Assembly: GCA_016192905.1 (NCBI GenBank)
Contig: JACPTG010000001.1
Location: forward strand, 101,005 to 165,004
Direction: 5' to 3'
Source: Candidatus Woesearchaeota archaeon
Lineage (GTDB): Archaea > Nanobdellota > Nanobdellia > Woesearchaeales > UBA10216
DNA: 64,000 nt
How positions within the stretch are numbered: the first letter of the stretch is position 1; every line of letters begins with the position of its first letter. This document shows positions 1-9,535 of this stretch, one piece after another. The position numbers were made by a program, and so were the translations under genes. The notes under the pieces were generated by a model, which searched no databases, was not told the DNA's origin, and was given only the letters and a program-made list of their open reading frames with translations.

Positions 1-28
1 CATAGAAGAAGGTTACAGGGTTTTTGAA

Positions 29-364
29 ATGCAAAAGTATGGCTTTGTGGGCTATGAACGACGGATAGTGGCTGGCAGGCAAAACATCCTGGTTACGGCA
101 ACAGCCGATGAGCGCCATCTGAGGGTTGAGATTGAACTCTTTGGGGATTACCCCGGAGTCCTTAAGGGCATACCTCAGGAATTCAATTTTGAGATAAAAG
201 GTAGAAACGAACATCGAAGGTTGGCCTCTTATGAGTTTGCGGGGCTTCCTGTTTCTGATCTCGAAGGTTTGGTTGTCAACACGCTTTCCAGAGTTCATTT
301 GGGGCTGAAAATAATAAACTACAGAGCGCCAGATTATTTAAGGGCGATAGGCATAGTGGAATAA
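29..364 (+). CDS. hypothetical protein
   Basis: 111 aa ORF with no recognisable motif; sits upstream of the ZIP transporter gene. Confidence 0.3.
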   Translation: MQKYGFVGYERRIVAGRQNILVTATADERHLRVEIELFGDYPGVLKGIPQEFNFEIKGRNEHRRLASYEFAGLPVSDLEGLVVNTLSRVHLGLKIINYRAPDYLRAIGIVE

Positions 365-549
365 ATCTGCATTTATTTCTTCAGCTTGGACAAAAGCAAG
401 GCATATTCGGCAGGGGATATGTAATAGCCGGCATCGACAAGCGCATTGAGCGTCTTTTCGGCCTCTGGCCGAGTGATGAGCTTTCTGGCGGCAGCCATAA
501 AGAATACTGTCTTATTGAGAATTGGAATCACTAACATATTTAAATATTC

Positions 550-1326
550 ATGCTTTTCTGCCTGAAAATGGAGTTCGCATACCCCTTGGTTAGTGTTTTG
601 GCCGTGTCCCTTGTCTCTTTTGTCGGAGCCTTTGCGTTGTTCTCAAAGCGAAGGGATAACCTGCTTTTTCTGCTGGTTAGCCTGTCAGCAGGAACCCTTG
701 TTGGCGGCGGTCTTCTTCACCTGATTCCTGAGGCGGTTGAGGTTTACGGTGAATTTTCTGTTCAGCTTTCTTTGCTGGTTATTGCCGGAATTGTCGTGTT
801 TTTCCTGCTGGACCATGTTATTCACTGGCATCACTCGCACTCTGATTCACTGGTTCACCAGGTTAAGACTGGAAACAGGAAAAGGATAGCTTACCTTAAC
901 CTGATTGGCGACGGGCTTCACAACTTCATTGACGGCCTTGTAATAGCAGGCAGTTATATCATCAGCCTTGAGACAGGTATTGCAGTAACCATTGGCATAA
1001 TTGTGCATGAGACCCCGCAGGAAATCGCTGATTTTGGAGTGCTGCTTTACAGTGGCTTTTCAAGGACAAAGGCATTGCTCCTGAATTTTGGCTCTGCCTG
1101 TCTTGCCATTGTGGGGACTATTGCCGGGTTGATGTTTGCTTCCCGGTCAGTAATTTTCCTCAAGTTGATTCTTCCTTTTGCAGGCGGCGCTTTCCTGTAC
1201 ATAGCTTGCTCAACAATGATTCCTGAGATTTTCCACCACAGGACCAACTTGAAAAAATCTGCCGCAAGCTTTTTGTTCATGATAGTTGGCGTTGCAATAA
1301 TGTACGGCCTGATTTTTCTGGAGTGA
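550..1326 (+). CDS. ZIP family metal cation transporter (ZupT-like); the start may be at 568 (MEFAYP)
   Basis: Multi-TM protein with ZIP signatures HNFIDGLVIAGSY and HETPQEIADFGVLL, plus a His-rich loop HWHHSHSD. Confidence 0.7.
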   Translation: MLFCLKMEFAYPLVSVLAVSLVSFVGAFALFSKRRDNLLFLLVSLSAGTLVGGGLLHLIPEAVEVYGEFSVQLSLLVIAGIVVFFLLDHVIHWHHSHSDSLVHQVKTGNRKRIAYLNLIGDGLHNFIDGLVIAGSYIISLETGIAVTIGIIVHETPQEIADFGVLLYSGFSRTKALLLNFGSACLAIVGTIAGLMFASRSVIFLKLILPFAGGAFLYIACSTMIPEIFHHRTNLKKSAASFLFMIVGVAIMYGLIFLE

Positions 1327-1396
1327 TATTGCAGCATCTCCCTTGAATTCATCCTCCCCTGTTTGAAGAAGGAAATTTAGGCTTTAGTTACCAGCA

Positions 1397-2062
1397 TCAT
1401 TGTTTGGTACAATTACGCCTAAGCCAATCTTTATCCAAGATAAACCAAGGAAACGCAGGTTCATTTTCACTCTGCCTTAATTGGAAAGAGTATCCCTTAG
1501 CAGTGCATACAGTAGCTACCCAAACACCGGCAGATTTTATAACTTCCATACAGGGGATAAAATCAGCATCCCCGCTTATAAGAATACACGCATTACAGTC
1601 TTTTGCAATCATACTATGCCTAATCATAGCAGTTGCTATCATAATATCAATACCCTTTTCCTTGACGCTGACACTCCCAATATAATCCTTCCAATGGGAC
1701 TTGACAACTGGCTCACATGCCTTGCATAGGCCCAATAGAGAAATCTCATTGTCTATTATTTGTATTCTTTCCTGGTTAGAGTGTCTTTGAAGCTTTCTTG
1801 TCTTAACTTCTATCCCTTGTTTTCTAAGGCTCTCAAGATATTTCATGTGGCCTTCATACTTATTTTTTCCATCTTCAATACTTGGGACAGAATTAAAGTA
1901 TTCAATGTCTTTAAGTTTGCAATTAAAATGCTCTGTTATTAGCTCTGATAATCTCCTTAAATTTATTGTTCCTGGGCTAAGGAAACTAGCCTTTAAGTTA
2001 TGATAGAGATTATTGCCATCAATAAATACAATGGCCTGCTTTAATTCCTTAGCCTGATTCAT
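1397..2062 (-). CDS. NYN (LabA-like) domain protein, a putative RNase
   Basis: AIVFIDGNNLYH and ACILISGDADFIP motifs are typical of NYN/LabA-like PIN-related nucleases. Confidence 0.6.
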   Translation of the reverse strand: MNQAKELKQAIVFIDGNNLYHNLKASFLSPGTINLRRLSELITEHFNCKLKDIEYFNSVPSIEDGKNKYEGHMKYLESLRKQGIEVKTRKLQRHSNQERIQIIDNEISLLGLCKACEPVVKSHWKDYIGSVSVKEKGIDIMIATAMIRHSMIAKDCNACILISGDADFIPCMEVIKSAGVWVATVCTAKGYSFQLRQSENEPAFPWFILDKDWLRRNCTKQ

Positions 2063-2332
2063 GCTTGTTTAATCAGAACCTTCATTTAAAAATCTATTCA
2101 GGCAATGTGGATTAGAAACCTGGCATTCCCCCACCACAGGCGAGGTCATACCAGGGACTTCATAGTGCAAAAGAACGAATTTATCATATAAAAGCTTTTC
2201 CTTAAAAACACCTCATCCAATATATATTTTATAGTCCATATTGGACTTTGTCGTTCTCTGCCAGTTCACACTTTCACATCAAGCCTTGTTTTTAAGCCTG
2301 GGTGTTACAGATGATTTGACTTTGGAGCAGAA

Positions 2333-2403
2333 TGCGGTAGCCGGGATTCGAACCCGGACTGCAGCCTTGGCAAGGCCACGTCCTGCCGTTAGACTACTAC
2401 CGC
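2333..2403 (-). tRNA. tRNA-Gly(GCC)
   Basis: Reverse complement reads GCGGTAG..TTCGAATCC..CTACCGC; anticodon loop TTGCCAA; 71 nt with discriminator A. Confidence 0.7.
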
Positions 2404-2472
2404 AAATTATGTTGGCTTTAACACCTCGCTATTTAACATTTACTGTCAAATCATCAAGCGTCATTTTGAATA

Positions 2473-2565
2473 TGGGCCCGCCCAGGATCGAACTGGGGAC
2501 CTTCACCGTGTAAGGGTGACGTCATTTGCGGCGTTTTCCCTTCGTAACCGCTAGACTACGGGCCC
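2473..2565 (-). tRNA. tRNA-Val(TAC) with an inserted element of about 20 nt in the D-loop, a putative non-canonical intron
   Basis: Reverse complement GGGCCCG TA GTCT AGCGGTTA[CGAAGGGAAAACGCCGCAAAT]GACG TCACC CTTACAC GGTGA AGGTC CCCAG TTCGATC CTGGG CGGGCCC A; all arms are canonical except a 29-nt D-loop. Confidence 0.6.
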
Positions 2566-2648
2566 TTGTGTTTTGCGTTGAAGGGGCTTATATAAAAATT
2601 GCGCATTTCCGCCTGAGGCAGGGGTAGCGATTTTGTATTCACCAAAAA

Positions 2649-3593
2649 GTGACAAACACAGAAAGGCTTATATATCGGTGGGCCATGCCGTTAAGCATGA
2701 ATCTGCGTGGAAGGCATAGGCCTGCTGTAAGCCGTAGGAGCTTATTGCGCTTCACAGGGGCTGTAGCGCTGCTCGTAGGCGCCAATGCGCTGGGTGCAGT
2801 AATGGTAAAACCGCCCGAGGCATTTGTGGAAAGGGCTGAGAGTCCGAATGGAGTTGCCATGGCGGAGCATGCATTGAAGCAGTATTCGGATAACCATTCG
2901 AAGGCCTATTCTGCCGTGTCGCCTGGTGAGCTGGCTGTGGTTGAGCGGGTTCTTTACGTTGAAATGCCCCCTTTCTCTCCTGAAGAGAGGCCTGCGGGTG
3001 TCTCGCTGGAGGGTTATATGGGTGCTTATGTCACAGCTGCGATGAACATAGCCTCTGTTATCAAGAACAGGACTGTAAGCCCTGACTTCCAGGTTAATCA
3101 AGGGGAACGGAATTTGCGTCATATTCTGTTGCAGCCCGGAGAGTTCAGCGGAGTTTACATGCAGCCTTTTTCCAGCCTGATTTTTAAGCCCGGCTCCCCA
3201 AAGCCTGAGGATCTTGAACGCATTGCTGCAAGGAACCCGGACAGGCATGCGTGGGCGGCAAGCCTGGACAGGCTGGTGCCGTACCTGAATACAGCCAGGA
3301 TTTCTGAGGATGATTTGGCTGCCTATGGAAACAGCCATAGGGAGCAGGAGCTTTTCAGGATGCAGACGCAGGCTGACCTTATCCGAAAGGCCATCGCCAC
3401 GGAGTTTGGGAATGGCATGGCAAGCGGAAGCCTGGCTGCTGAGTACTATAAGAATAACGGGGCTGCCAAGGGAAAGGTGTGGGATGGGCAGTGTGTTGGA
3501 ATTAACAGGCTTGAGTGGGTTGGCTCTGACCCAAAAGAACTCCCTGAGCATCAGAGGCACAACTATTTCAGGATTGTCTCCAGATGCTCTTAG
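2649..3593 (+). CDS. Tat-secreted protein with a SleB/Hydrolase_2-like cell wall hydrolase domain
   Basis: N-terminal twin-arginine signal SRRSLLRFTGAVALLVGANALGA; motif AAMNIASVIKNRTVSPDFQ...LLQPGEFSGV resembles the SleB/Hydrolase_2 core (VILNRV...FP..I.QPGQFS). Confidence 0.45.
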   Translation: MTNTERLIYRWAMPLSMNLRGRHRPAVSRRSLLRFTGAVALLVGANALGAVMVKPPEAFVERAESPNGVAMAEHALKQYSDNHSKAYSAVSPGELAVVERVLYVEMPPFSPEERPAGVSLEGYMGAYVTAAMNIASVIKNRTVSPDFQVNQGERNLRHILLQPGEFSGVYMQPFSSLIFKPGSPKPEDLERIAARNPDRHAWAASLDRLVPYLNTARISEDDLAAYGNSHREQELFRMQTQADLIRKAIATEFGNGMASGSLAAEYYKNNGAAKGKVWDGQCVGINRLEWVGSDPKELPEHQRHNYFRIVSRCS

Positions 3594-4993
3594 GCTACAG
3601 GGTGTATCTTTATTGAATTAGTGAGGTTCTCCTTTCCGACTATTGAGCCTGAGATGCAAAGCACCTTGTCTCCCTTCCTGAGCGCCTTTTCCGACTTCAG
3701 GACTGAGAGGACGAAGGAGAATATCCTTTCAGTGTCTGCAGCGCGCTTGAATTTTATAACTCTTGGACTCACTCCCCAGATGAGGCTCATCTGGTTGGCA
3801 GTCGTCCTGTCCCCTGTTATCGCGTATATTGGCTGGGTTGGCTCGAACTTGGCTATCATCCTGGCAGTCCTGCCTGTCTCTGTCAGAAGCACTATTGCTT
3901 TGAAGTCAAGCGGATACCTGCTGAGCGTGTCCACGGCCTGGCTTACGGCTTCTGTAGTGTTGCCTGGCTTCTGGTGTGCCGGCCTGAATCCCCTGAGGTT
4001 TTTGCTGTTTATGCTTTCGTCTATCTGCGCCATTACCCTGACGGCCAAGACCGGGTAATGCCCCACTGCTGTTTCGGCCGAGAGCATTACCGCGTCTGTT
4101 CCGTCGAGTATCGCATTCGCAACGTCGCTGACCTCTGCCCTTGTCGGCCTGGGATTTTCTATCATTGACTCAAGCATCTGCGTTGCCGTGATTACAGGCT
4201 TGGCAGCCTCCCTTGCCTTTCTGATGAGGTCCTTCTGGACCAGGGGAACCTCGGTTAGCGGTATTTCTATCCCGAGGTCGCCCCTTGCCACCATTATGGC
4301 ATCAGTCTCCTCAAGGATTTCTGCAAAGTTCTTGATTGCCTGCGGCCGCTCTATCTTTGCTATTATCTTTGCCGGGCTTCCTGCAATGCGCCTGCGGAGG
4401 GCCTGGATGTCGCCGCGATTCCTCACGAATGAGAGGGCAAAGAAATCAACGTGATTCTTCAGCCCCAGCCTTATCATTTCAAAGTCCTTTTTCTCAAGGA
4501 CAGGAAGGTCCAGGTCTGCGTCAGGGAGGTTTACGCTCTTGTGGTTAGAGATTTTCCCGCCCCTTACAACCTTTGCCTTCACCGAGCCTGCTGAGGCTGA
4601 GATTGCCCTGAACTCAAATTTGCCGTCATCAATATAGAATGTATGGCCTGGCTTTATCTTCCTGAGGACGCGGGTATCGTTGAGGATTATCTTCTGCTGG
4701 CTGCCAAGGTCGCCAGGCGCAAAGGTTACTGTTGCGCCCTCCTTCAGCTCTGCGTGGCCAGCTTCAAACTTGCCTATCCTTATTTCCGGGCCTTTCAGGT
4801 CCAGCATTATTCCAACGTTGCGGCGCCCAGCCACTGCCCTTATGCGCGCAATAATTCCCTCAAGCCATTCAGGTTTGCTGTGCTTCGCGTTAAGCCTGAA
4901 TACAGTTGCGCCAGCCTCAATCAGCTCTGCTATGGCCTGCTGCGATTCAGAGGAAGGCCCGAGGGTTGCGACAATCTTTGTCCTGGTCTGCAT
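3590..4993 (-). CDS. pyk: pyruvate kinase
   Basis: MQTRTKIVATLGPSS N-terminus, MVARGDLGIEIP active-site motif, 467 aa. Confidence 0.85.
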   Translation of the reverse strand: MQTRTKIVATLGPSSESQQAIAELIEAGATVFRLNAKHSKPEWLEGIIARIRAVAGRRNVGIMLDLKGPEIRIGKFEAGHAELKEGATVTFAPGDLGSQQKIILNDTRVLRKIKPGHTFYIDDGKFEFRAISASAGSVKAKVVRGGKISNHKSVNLPDADLDLPVLEKKDFEMIRLGLKNHVDFFALSFVRNRGDIQALRRRIAGSPAKIIAKIERPQAIKNFAEILEETDAIMVARGDLGIEIPLTEVPLVQKDLIRKAREAAKPVITATQMLESMIENPRPTRAEVSDVANAILDGTDAVMLSAETAVGHYPVLAVRVMAQIDESINSKNLRGFRPAHQKPGNTTEAVSQAVDTLSRYPLDFKAIVLLTETGRTARMIAKFEPTQPIYAITGDRTTANQMSLIWGVSPRVIKFKRAADTERIFSFVLSVLKSEKALRKGDKVLCISGSIVGKENLTNSIKIHPVA

Positions 4994-5189
4994 TGACGCC
5001 GATGAGGCTGTGCTTTATTTAAGCCTATCGCAAGTCTATTTCACAAGCCTTGCCAAAATTCCGGTCTCGTAAAAAGTTAAATGGCAGGCTGTTCCTGCTT
5101 TTTTCAGGCAGCCCCTTTGGGACTCGCCACGTGTACGGTTTGGCTTCGTGCACTGCTTGCAAAGTTTACCCCTTGTTTTATGTTAAGAT

Positions 5190-6680
5190 TTACTTTGCCG
5201 AATCCTTCAGCATCTGCACGAGCAGCCTCACGCCGAATGCTGTTGCGCCCTTTGGCCTGTAGCCGCTGTCAGTGTCAGCCCATGCTGTTCCTGCTATGTC
5301 AACATGCGCCCACTTGCACCCTTCAACAAAGTTTGAGAGCAGTTTCCCGCCAACGCTTGCGCCTGCGCCGCTTCCAGGCTGGTTGGTGGTCACGTTTTTC
5401 ATGTCTGCGAAATCGCTCTTGACGTACTCCTGGTATTCCGGGTATAACGGCAGCTGCCACACCCTTTCAAATGTCTTTTCGCCGGCGGCCTCCAGGGAGC
5501 TGATAAGGCTTTCATCAGTGCCCATTATGCCCGCGGCCTCTGAGCCCAGCGCAACAAAGCAGGCTCCTGTAAGAGTGGCGACGTCTATTATGTAGTCAGG
5601 GTTGAAGGACTTTGAGTAATGCAGCGCGTCAGCGAGCACAATTCTTCCCTCTGCGTCCGTGTTGAGGATTTCTATTGTCTTGCCGCTCATCGTGGTTATG
5701 ATGTCGCCCGGCTTGTATGATTCGGGGCCTATCATGTTTTCTGCCAGCGCCATTACCCCGATGATCCTGTGCGGCAGCTGAAGCTGGGCTGCGCTTATCG
5801 TGGCCATAAGGACTGCTGCTGCTCCTGACATGTCATACTTCATCAATTCCATTCCCACTGCAGGCTTCAGGTCAAGCCCTCCGCTGTCAAAGGTTATCCC
5901 CTTGCCCACAAGCGCATAAGTCTTCCTGCAGCCTTTTGGGGCGTATTCAACAACCGCCATTCTTGGCTCGCTTGAGCTGCCTGCGCCAACCGCCAGCATG
6001 CCGTTCGCGCGGATTTTCTGAAGGGCTTTCCTGTCAAGGATTGTCACCTTAACGTCCTTCAGGCCCTTGCACAGCTCTGCCGCCTTTTCTGCAATGTATT
6101 TTGGATTGGCGACTGATGCTTGCTCGTTGATGAGGTCTTTTGCAGTTATGCAGTTCAGGGCCACTATCCTGCCATAATTCAGCGCATCCTCAAGGGCCTT
6201 GTCCTGCCGTCCTGCGGCGACCACCACTTTCTTCAGCTTTACAGCTTGCCTGTCTGACTTGTAACGGTCAAACTTGTGGCTGGCCATTATGCTTGCCTCG
6301 GCCACTGCAATCACAATGTCTTCCTCTGCCAAGCCAAGGTACTTCCCAAACACAGGGAAAGCAAGCTCCTCAACGCCTGCGCCTCTTGAGGCGTTTACAG
6401 CCTGGCCTGCTGCGACCCTCAACTTGTTCAGGTGGAACTTGTCCTTGGCGCCGAGCCCAACAAGCAGTATTCTGGCAGGCCTTGAGCCTGTGTAGACAAA
6501 GAATACCTGGCCGTCCTTTCCCTGAAAGTCGCCTGCCTGTATCGGCGCATTCACCTTATCCGCAAATCCTTTCCCGAAGTATTTGGCTACATTCGCTGCA
6601 CCTTCAAAGTCAAAGGCAACAGTGGCGTCACTAGTTGCGTCAATCGGCTGCTCTTTCGATAGCGATACTTCAACAGGCAT
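5190..6680 (-). CDS. pepA: leucyl aminopeptidase, M17 family
   Basis: NTDAEGRIVLADAL signature, GKGITFDSGG motif, 496 aa. Confidence 0.85.
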   Translation of the reverse strand: MPVEVSLSKEQPIDATSDATVAFDFEGAANVAKYFGKGFADKVNAPIQAGDFQGKDGQVFFVYTGSRPARILLVGLGAKDKFHLNKLRVAAGQAVNASRGAGVEELAFPVFGKYLGLAEEDIVIAVAEASIMASHKFDRYKSDRQAVKLKKVVVAAGRQDKALEDALNYGRIVALNCITAKDLINEQASVANPKYIAEKAAELCKGLKDVKVTILDRKALQKIRANGMLAVGAGSSSEPRMAVVEYAPKGCRKTYALVGKGITFDSGGLDLKPAVGMELMKYDMSGAAAVLMATISAAQLQLPHRIIGVMALAENMIGPESYKPGDIITTMSGKTIEILNTDAEGRIVLADALHYSKSFNPDYIIDVATLTGACFVALGSEAAGIMGTDESLISSLEAAGEKTFERVWQLPLYPEYQEYVKSDFADMKNVTTNQPGSGAGASVGGKLLSNFVEGCKWAHVDIAGTAWADTDSGYRPKGATAFGVRLLVQMLKDSAK

Positions 6681-6883
6681 GTGCAGTCACCTCGTGAGGC
6701 GGCTTGCAGCCGGCTTTTTAAATAGTTTGTGAATATTTTTGCCTGTGCGAAAGTCTTAAATAATAGGGCCTTTTACCAAGAGTATCATGAGAGTTGGTTA
6801 TCTTCATAGGAAGTAATGCAAGTTCTGATTTTAATAGTTCCAACTCCTCAGCGGGAAAACAAGCAACAGAGAGGTATTTTTAT

Positions 6884-6974
6884 GGCTGCCGTAGTGTAGC
6901 GGTTCGCATTGAGGCCTGTGGAAGCTATAGCCTTCAGACAGCCTCCGGGAGGGGTTCGAGTCCCCTCGGCGGCC
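6884..6974 (+). tRNA. tRNA-His(GTG) with an encoded G-1 and an intron of about 18 nt in the anticodon loop
   Basis: G-1 followed by GCTGCCG acceptor; anticodon stem GAGGC/GCCTC encloses CTGTGG[18 nt]A; T-arm AGGGG TTCGAGT CCCCT; 3' CGGCGGC C. Confidence 0.55.
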
Positions 6975-7039
6975 CTTCTTCAAAGGCCACTTCTGACAAG
7001 CATCAGCATTGCTAGTTCTGCAATTGTCAATCAACAAGA

Positions 7040-7387
7040 TTGACCATCAGATTCAACAATAAACTCATGGAGGATAAGATGAAAATTCAAATTGGAGTCA
7101 TGGGGTCTGCGCAAGACCTGGATTATGGAGAGGAATTGGAAAGGCTTGCCGAAGAAACAGGCTATCAGATAGCCAGCAGAGGAGCATTACTGGTATTTGG
7201 GTACCAGCTGAACATTCCGCTTGTTGCAATGAGGAACACAGGGGGCTGGAGTGAAAGGCTGGCAGATACCTACTTTGATGCACGGAAAAGGAGACCGGTT
7301 GTAGGGGCTGCAACACCAGAGGAGGCAGCGGAAATAGCTGTAACTCTCGCGAAAGAATACCTTGGCCAATTTGTGAGGGCAAAATGA
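7040..7387 (+). CDS. small hypothetical protein, possibly a Rossmann-like TIGR00725/LOG-like fold; overlaps the hisG start
   Basis: MKIQIGVMGSA N-terminal region; stop overlaps the hisG start codon (ATGA). Confidence 0.3.
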   Translation: MTIRFNNKLMEDKMKIQIGVMGSAQDLDYGEELERLAEETGYQIASRGALLVFGYQLNIPLVAMRNTGGWSERLADTYFDARKRRPVVGAATPEEAAEIAVTLAKEYLGQFVRAK

Positions 7388-8454
7388 AACTAAAACTTGC
7401 GCTTCCATCAGGAAGCCTGAACAATTCGACCAGGGGAAACACAAACGAGCTGTTCAAAACAGCAGGCTACCAAATAACCGGGTACGAACCTGGGCAGGAA
7501 GAGTTCAGCCCAAGAATCGGCAACGACCCAGAGCTAGAGCTGCTGGTGGACAGGCCCAGGGACATTCCCATGCAAATTGATTTTGGCGTGTATGACGCAG
7601 GAATCCTTGGCCTGGACGCCTATAAGGAGTCAGGCTGGGAGGGGATGATTCAGGAAGTTTGCGACCTTGGTTACGGCCGTATCAGGATAGTCTCGGCGGG
7701 GCCGTATCCTAAAGGTGCAACAACGGCTTCGGTAATGCAGGAATATGCGGATTACAAGTCCAAACCAGATTCCGAACGACAGCTTGGACCAGTCAGGGAA
7801 ACGCGCTTCCCTCTAAAAAGCTTGCGTGTAAACAAGATGTTGTTCCGGATTGCGACAGAATACCCCCTAATCACAAAAGAATGGGTGGATCCCCTGTCCC
7901 GCCGAATCTTTTTTGGACAACCTGCCCAGATACAGGCGCCATGGAACCCTTACAACCTGGACGCACGACTGGAAATAGCAGTAACTACCGGAAAGACAGA
8001 GCAAAAGGCAAGGACGGGCTTTGCAGACCTGATAGTCGAGGCAACGCAGAGCGGGAGAACGCTTGAAAGGGCTGGCCTTACAGTGCTGGATGAAATAATG
8101 ACCTCAACCGCAAGGCTTTACGCCAGAACAAAGGACAGCTGGAAGGAAGGCAAGATAAGGGAAGTGGCCACAATGCTGATGGCAGCCACAGGAGCAATGA
8201 AGTACATGATAGTGATGAACGTGCCTGAAGACGGGCTGGAAAGGGTGGCAAACTTCCTCAGGACAGCAGGCTACTGCGCCAAGGAGCCAACAGTAAGCAG
8301 GTACAACGGCAACTGCTCAGTGGAAACCGCAATACCCAGGAATGAGTATCCGCAAGCTGTAAGGCAGCTGTTGATGCTTGGGGCGGATGACATCTACAAC
8401 TCCAACACAGGAGCATTTGTCCAGCGCGACGCTGTAAAATGGAGGGCCAAATGA
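7384..8454 (+). CDS. hisG: ATP phosphoribosyltransferase, long form with an insertion
   Basis: N-terminal KLALPSGSL (compare RIAMQKSGRL) and [20 protein letters not shown] (HisG signature D-x-V-x-T-G-x-T-L). Confidence 0.65.
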   Translation: MKLKLALPSGSLNNSTRGNTNELFKTAGYQITGYEPGQEEFSPRIGNDPELELLVDRPRDIPMQIDFGVYDAGILGLDAYKESGWEGMIQEVCDLGYGRIRIVSAGPYPKGATTASVMQEYADYKSKPDSERQLGPVRETRFPLKSLRVNKMLFRIATEYPLITKEWVDPLSRRIFFGQPAQIQAPWNPYNLDARLEIAVTTGKTEQKARTGFADLIVEATQSGRTLERAGLTVLDEIMTSTARLYARTKDSWKEGKIREVATMLMAATGAMKYMIVMNVPEDGLERVANFLRTAGYCAKEPTVSRYNGNCSVETAIPRNEYPQAVRQLLMLGADDIYNSNTGAFVQRDAVKWRAK

Positions 8455-8783
8455 GTTTGGACACGAAAGTGGAGCCAGACTTTAATAAGCGCGGCGGCCT
8501 TGTAGTTGCAGTTGCACAGGATTACCGTACCGGCCAGGTCCTGATGCAAGCCTACATGAACCCGGAGGCATGGGCGGCAACGGTTGAGACCGGCCTGGCG
8601 ACTTACTGGAGCACAAGCCGGAATGAGCTCTGGCGGAAGGGAGCAACATCAGGGGACTGGCAGGTTGTTAAGGAGATTTACCTGGACTGTGACAGCGATG
8701 CTGTGCTGCTTAAAGTAGAGCAGCAGGGAAAAGGAGCATGCCACACCGGGGAATACAGCTGCTTTTACAGGAGGGTGAAATGA
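8439..8783 (+). CDS. hisI: phosphoribosyl-AMP cyclohydrolase
   Basis: [19 protein letters not shown]...[15 protein letters not shown]...[11 protein letters not shown], typical HisI. Confidence 0.8.
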   Translation: MEGQMSLDTKVEPDFNKRGGLVVAVAQDYRTGQVLMQAYMNPEAWAATVETGLATYWSTSRNELWRKGATSGDWQVVKEIYLDCDSDAVLLKVEQQGKGACHTGEYSCFYRRVK

Positions 8784-8891
8784 AGCGGATAGGAATACTT
8801 GGAGGTTAAACTGCTGGACACGATAGAAATCCTTGCAGAGGCAACAGTCAGGGCTGCGGATAGAAAACCTTAAATAGTCAAACTGTTAAAC

Positions 8892-9146
8892 ATGTTAAAC
8901 ATGACAACAAAAGCGGTCAGAGGAATTAGAGAGGAAGAGTGGGCGGAAATAAAGGCGATGGCAAGCGAAGGAGGGTTACCTATTTCAAGGATAATTGTCA
9001 TGGGCGCAAGGGAACTGAAGAAGAAAAAGGCGAAGGAAGCGTGGGAAAAAGTACTTTCCGAAAGGCCTGACCCAAAGCTCGCTGATGCGATCGAGGAGGC
9101 TTCAAGGCAAATACGGTCCAGATTCAGGCTTAGGGAATTCAAATGA
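8892..9146 (+). CDS. vapB: putative VapB-like antitoxin
   Basis: 84 aa protein 4 nt upstream of, and overlapping, the PIN gene. Confidence 0.45.
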   Translation: MLNMTTKAVRGIREEEWAEIKAMASEGGLPISRIIVMGARELKKKKAKEAWEKVLSERPDPKLADAIEEASRQIRSRFRLREFK

Positions 9147-9535
9147 CATACCTACTGGATACAAGCGTACTGATTGATATGAAAAGAGGCAATCCAACAA
9201 TTATTCGCGCCCTAAGACAGCTCTTGGGGGTCTCCCAGACCATGCCTTCCATAACCCTTTTCACATACTCAGAATATTATCTTGGCAGCATAAAGGAGGG
9301 GAAGCAGGTGGAGGCCGCAGATTTCTTGAACCAGTTTGCACATTTGAATTTTTCATTGCCATCCGCAAGATTATTTTCAGAGTTAAATTATAAGTACAAG
9401 ATCAAAGGGATTGTTTTTGACACTCTTGACTTGATGAATGCATCAATTGCAATTAATGAACAATTGGTGTTTGTGACAAGCGATAAGTTTTTCAACAATT
9501 TAACCGAACTCAGAAAAATCATCATACCAAGATGA
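9143..9535 (+). CDS. vapC: PIN domain toxin VapC
   Basis: MTYLLDTSVLIDMKRG N-terminus with the conserved Asp, 130 aa; overlaps the hisS start. Confidence 0.65.
   Translation: MTYLLDTSVLIDMKRGNPTIIRALRQLLGVSQTMPSITLFTYSEYYLGSIKEGKQVEAADFLNQFAHLNFSLPSARLFSELNYKYKIKGIVFDTLDLMNASIAINEQLVFVTSDKFFNNLTELRKIIIPR

Noticed and set aside
2241-2513. 90-aa + strand ORF spanning the two tRNA genes
   Set aside because: It overlaps tRNA-Gly and tRNA-Val on the opposite strand and is a translation artefact of structured RNA genes
2742-3560. 272-aa antisense ORF inside the SleB-like gene
   Set aside because: The sense-strand protein has a Tat signal and a SleB-like motif; the antisense frame has a Pro/Arg/Leu-rich composition typical of a spurious reverse-frame ORF
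3621-4548. Several + strand ORFs (3621..4058, 3974..4168, 4188..4454, 4336..4548) inside pyruvate kinase
   Set aside because: They are antisense to a well-supported pyk gene and have no motifs
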